Shown here: one piece after another, positions 60,900 to 64,000 of the stretch
Numbering within the stretch: the first letter of the stretch is position 1
Layout: each line of letters begins with the position of its first letter
Source of the DNA: Candidatus Kuenenia stuttgartensis
GTDB taxonomy: Bacteria > Planctomycetota > GCA-002687715 > CAIWVZ01
Reading direction: 5' to 3'
Assembly (NCBI GenBank): GCA_945860915.1
Contig: CAMARR010000007.1
Coordinates: 37,010-101,009 of the forward strand
DNA length: 64,000 bases
Translations under genes and position numbers: made by a program
Notes under the pieces: generated by a model
Database searches by the model: none
What the model saw: only the letters and a program-made list of their open reading frames with translations
Told to the model about the DNA's origin: nothing

Positions 60900-62285
60900 A
60901 TGAGTTCTGCCCCCCGCCCTGTCATGAAACCCGTCAACAGCGTCCTCGAGCTCATTGGGTGCACCCCCATGGTGCGTCTCCGACGAGTCGCCGACGGCAT
61001 AAGAACTCAAGTAATCGCGAAATGCGAGATGTTCAACCCTGGAGCAAGCGTCAAAGACCGAATCGGCCTTTCGATGATTGAAGCGGCCGAGCGTGATGGC
61101 CGTTTACGTCCAGGTGGTCTTGTCGTCGAGGCAACATCCGGCAATACCGGGGTTGGATTGGCCTTGGCTGCAGCGATCAAGGGATATCGAACGCTATTCA
61201 CGATTCCCGACAAGATGTCCATGGAGAAGATCAAGCTTCTCAAAGCCCTCGGAGCCGAGGTTATCGTAACGCCGACGGTTGCCGCCACACATCCCGAGTA
61301 CTACGTCACCGTTGGGCGCCGCATCGCGTCAGAACACACCAACGCGATCTTCATTGACCAGTTCTACAACGAGGTCAACCCCGCGACGCATGAGCGCTCC
61401 ACCGGTCCCGAGATATGGGAGCAAACGGATGGCCGCATCACGGCACTCGTCGGAGGAATGGGCACGGGTGGCACCATGACGGGATGCAGTCGTTATCTGA
61501 AATCCAAGAACCCGGCGATCCGAATCATCGGCTCCGATCCCGACGGCTCGACATTTAAACATGTGAAGGACACCGGACATTGCGGTACCGGGCAGCCCTA
61601 TAAGATCGAAGGCATCGGCGGAGACAAAGTCCCTGGCACTCTCGATCTAAAGTCGATCGATGAGATTCGCAGAGTCAACGACAAGGACTCGTTTCTCATG
61701 GCCCGCCGTTTGGCTCGGGAAGAAGGACTTTTCGTTGGTGGTTCGTCGGGAATGGCAGCCGTTGTTGCACTCGACGTAGCGCGAGAAATTGACGATCCCG
61801 CGGCAATTGTCGTTGTCCTGCTCACCGACACGGGCGAACGCTATTTATCGAAGCTTCACAGCGACGAGTGGATGACAGAAAATCGATTCCTCGATCCGAC
61901 GGACGTGAGGGTTCGTGACCTTTTGGGAAAGAAGCGCGGGGGCGCACTGATTTCTGTGACTCCCGAGAAGACTGCAAAGCAAGTACTGTCAATCTTTACT
62001 CAAAACAACATCTCGCAAATGCCTGTCGTGGACGGGGATCGATGCGTCGGCTCCGTGAAGGAAGGCGACCTGATGGCGCGCATCATCGAAGTCCCAGCAA
62101 CCCTCGATGTTTCCATCAGCCGATTAATGGGCCCTCCGTACCCCGTGGTCACGGAGTCTGATCCCGTGGATCATGTCGCCCGGCTCTTCACGCGAGAGAA
62201 CGAGGCTGTCGTTGTCCAATCGGCAGGAGCGCTCAATGGCATCCTGACTCGTTACGACCTCATCCAACATCTGACGGGTCGCTAG
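60900..62285 (+). CDS. cystathionine beta-synthase (PLP fold-II domain plus tandem CBS domains)
   Basis: PLP Lys in GASVKDR, TSGNTG glycine loop, C-terminal CBS pair. Confidence 0.85.
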   Translation: MSSAPRPVMKPVNSVLELIGCTPMVRLRRVADGIRTQVIAKCEMFNPGASVKDRIGLSMIEAAERDGRLRPGGLVVEATSGNTGVGLALAAAIKGYRTLFTIPDKMSMEKIKLLKALGAEVIVTPTVAATHPEYYVTVGRRIASEHTNAIFIDQFYNEVNPATHERSTGPEIWEQTDGRITALVGGMGTGGTMTGCSRYLKSKNPAIRIIGSDPDGSTFKHVKDTGHCGTGQPYKIEGIGGDKVPGTLDLKSIDEIRRVNDKDSFLMARRLAREEGLFVGGSSGMAAVVALDVAREIDDPAAIVVVLLTDTGERYLSKLHSDEWMTENRFLDPTDVRVRDLLGKKRGGALISVTPEKTAKQVLSIFTQNNISQMPVVDGDRCVGSVKEGDLMARIIEVPATLDVSISRLMGPPYPVVTESDPVDHVARLFTRENEAVVVQSAGALNGILTRYDLIQHLTGR

Positions 62286-62307
62286 TCTCCCAGTCGCGAA
62301 ATGAAAT

Positions 62308-62347
62308 AGGCCGCGTCTTCCGTCGAAGGCGCGGCCTGCTTTTGTGT
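62308..62347 (+). terminator. intrinsic terminator downstream of the cystathionine beta-synthase gene
   Basis: AGGCCGCG ... CGCGGCCT perfect 8-bp stem (inner CTTC/GAAG pairing) followed by GCTTTTGTGT. Lies between convergent genes. Confidence 0.45.
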
Positions 62348-62363
62348 ACTCAACTCGCGATTG

Positions 62364-62567
62364 TCACATCGCGTCGCGAGCGCGCGAAGCAAGTCGAATA
62401 GTCTTGATGCGTTCCTTTTCCTTGCGGCGACGACGCTCGCTCGGCTTTTCATAGTGCGACTTGAGCTTCATCCCGCGGTCGAGGCCTTCAGCATTGCAAA
62501 GGCGCTTGAGACGGCGCATGGCCTTCTCGACGGGCTCGTTATCACGAACTTGGACGCGAATTCCCAA
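62364..62567 (-). CDS. rpsU: 30S ribosomal protein S21
   Basis: 67 aa, basic, S21 pattern (VRDNEPVEKAMRRLKR ... YEKPSERRRRK). Confidence 0.85.
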   Translation of the reverse strand: MGIRVQVRDNEPVEKAMRRLKRLCNAEGLDRGMKLKSHYEKPSERRRRKEKERIKTIRLASRARDAM

Positions 62568-62645
62568 ACGGCTTCTCCGAAATGTTCGATTTGACCATTC
62601 CCCGTATGAGAATGGACCGCCATGTTGGCACGTCTTTCGATGAGT

Positions 62646-63017
62646 TCAACCGCCTGCCGCATTCTCCATCGGACGCGGAGCAACGACGGCGGGCGCCTGG
62701 GGTGCCTTCGCGGGAGCCTTTGCCCCAAGCAGGTGCTTCTGTGCCAAGTCCTTCATCATGCGACCGGCTTTGAAGTGAACGACCACTTTCGCGGGCACGT
62801 CAACCCGAACGCCGCTTTTGGGGTTACGAGCTTTTCTTGCAGCACGTGTCTTGATCTCGAAGACACCGAACTCGCGAAACTCAAGGCGATTACCGCGAGC
62901 GAGTTCGCTAATAATCTCCGAGATAAACTGTTGAATCACTCTCTTAACGATGACTTTCTTCTGGCCTGTCCGCTCGGCAATGCGGTAGGCGAGTTCCTTC
63001 TTGGTGACCGTATCCAT
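62646..63017 (-). CDS. HU/IHF family DNA-binding protein with Ala/Pro/Lys-rich C-terminal tail
   Basis: HU fold motifs (GFGVFEIKTRAARKARNPKSG), 123 aa. Confidence 0.8.
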   Translation of the reverse strand: MDTVTKKELAYRIAERTGQKKVIVKRVIQQFISEIISELARGNRLEFREFGVFEIKTRAARKARNPKSGVRVDVPAKVVVHFKAGRMMKDLAQKHLLGAKAPAKAPQAPAVVAPRPMENAAGG

Positions 63018-63190
63018 CGCAGCATCTCCACAATATCCACAAGAGCAGTCATCTGCCCCCGCATGGATCGTAATGCTAGACCAAATAGGGATCTAGGGCA
63101 AATTTGCGATATCAATTCCGAACATTCCCAACGTCACAAGTCGTGATTCTCCACAGCCAGCGCGTAGCCGTTCCGAGCACGAGGATTCCC

Positions 63191-63658
63191 CTACTGGACG
63201 CTCCATGCCGAAATGAGGTCGTCGGGAGTCGTCGCTTCCATAACCATCTGGCGCACTTGGGGTTGCATCCATGCCTCTGCAAGCTGCGCAAGAAAACCCA
63301 GGTGCCGCGACCTTGCCTCGGGCGTTGAAGGCTCAACCAAGACGACAGCGCAAACCGTGGGTTGCCCATCCATGGCTTCGAAATCAACGGGGTGCATCAA
63401 GGTCACAACAGCGGCAACCGGCTCACTAAGGCCGACGCAAAACCCGTGCGGCACCGCTAGCCCATGCTCCAGCCCTGTGGCGAGGTCCCTCTCCCGTTCA
63501 AGGACTGCCTGCAGGGCAATTGTTCTTAGTTCCTCGGAAATCGCGCCCGCCTTGCATAGCTGCGCAACCGCCTGAGTAGCGACATCAAAACGATCCACCG
63601 CAGTTACATGCAAAAGGGCATGTTTGGGGACGAGAATATCCGCGAGCGACGTGGGCAT
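63191..63658 (-). CDS. ptsN: PTS EIIA type-2 protein (nitrogen-regulatory PtsN-like)
   Basis: EIIA-2 fold with the conserved His in GLAVPHG. 155 aa. Confidence 0.7.
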   Translation of the reverse strand: MPTSLADILVPKHALLHVTAVDRFDVATQAVAQLCKAGAISEELRTIALQAVLERERDLATGLEHGLAVPHGFCVGLSEPVAAVVTLMHPVDFEAMDGQPTVCAVVLVEPSTPEARSRHLGFLAQLAEAWMQPQVRQMVMEATTPDDLISAWSVQ

Positions 63659-63831
63659 GGTTGGAACCTAGCGGATGGGGTACCGCATCCAAGGGTGTTG
63701 ATCGAACCGGGAAGTCTACGAGGTCAAGTGACGTAGATGCACAAATCGGCCTCGACGAACCCTGCTCCAACACGCACAATCCAAACCGCTGCAACTTCGA
63801 GATTATGCCTGAGCTAGGCAAGTTGACGTTG

Positions 63832-64000
63832 ATGCCGCTTCGAGGAGACATCGTGGTCCAACGCTTGCGTATCCCCGTATCTGCCAAGGCACTTGTGACT
63901 GTTTTGTGCATCGCATTTTCTGCGTTTGCGCAATCACGTCCTGCCGAAGACACCTATACCTATTCGATCAGCGCCGAGGGCATCCCCCTCGAAACGCTCG
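63832..64000 (+). CDS. 5' fragment of a secreted protein (runs off the window)
   Basis: ATG followed by a signal-peptide-like sequence (ALVTVLCIAFSAFAQS). No stop codon before the window end. Confidence 0.3.
   Translation, partial: MPLRGDIVVQRLRIPVSAKALVTVLCIAFSAFAQSRPAEDTYTYSISAEGIPLETL

Noticed and set aside
63585-63953. 122-aa minus-strand ORF overlapping the ptsN start
   Set aside because: Overlaps the 5' end of a confidently assigned gene; no family. The region more plausibly holds the ptsN promoter and the start of a plus-strand secreted-protein gene.

Overview
This is a high-GC (about 60 percent) bacterial chromosomal window that is densely coded, with many 4-nt start/stop overlaps between adjacent genes. 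Most of it is housekeeping and metabolism: an ABC exporter module with a divergent FHA protein (1-3.6 kb), a GT4-GT4-flippase polysaccharide module (3.6-7.1 kb), hutH-hutU (7.2-10.4 kb), and a sigma-54 two-component system fused into one operon with thiS-thiG, a CPBP protease and a gamma-carbonic anhydrase (13.4-18.6 kb). Also present are nusA-infB-rbfA (18.7-23 kb), a suhB-rarA-dacB-galE-TPR chain (23-30.5 kb), purC-mtnA (31-33 kb), thiC followed by a coupled ccsB-ccsA-queD-folE operon and nth (34-41.5 kb), and a nucleoside salvage cluster ushA-nupC-add-cdd plus a thioredoxin-NHL protein (43.4-49.2 kb). Housekeeping genes iscS, uppP, cystathionine beta-synthase, rpsU, HU and ptsN run from 56.9 kb to the end. 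The standout locus lies at 52.3-55.5 kb: three paralogous bacterial-microcompartment vertex genes (EutN/CcmL family, BMC-P) translationally coupled with an RpiB-fusion enzyme, deoxyribose-phosphate aldolase (DeoC) and a nucleoside phosphorylase. No hexameric or trimeric shell gene, aldehyde dehydrogenase or phosphotransacylase is visible anywhere in the window. This looks like a nucleoside/deoxyribose-linked (SPU-like) microcompartment locus of unusual composition. No rRNA, tRNA, CRISPR array, IS element or prophage was recognised. Coordinates follow the supplied ORF track; my own base counting suggests a possible plus/minus 1 nt drift in places, so refined starts are approximate.
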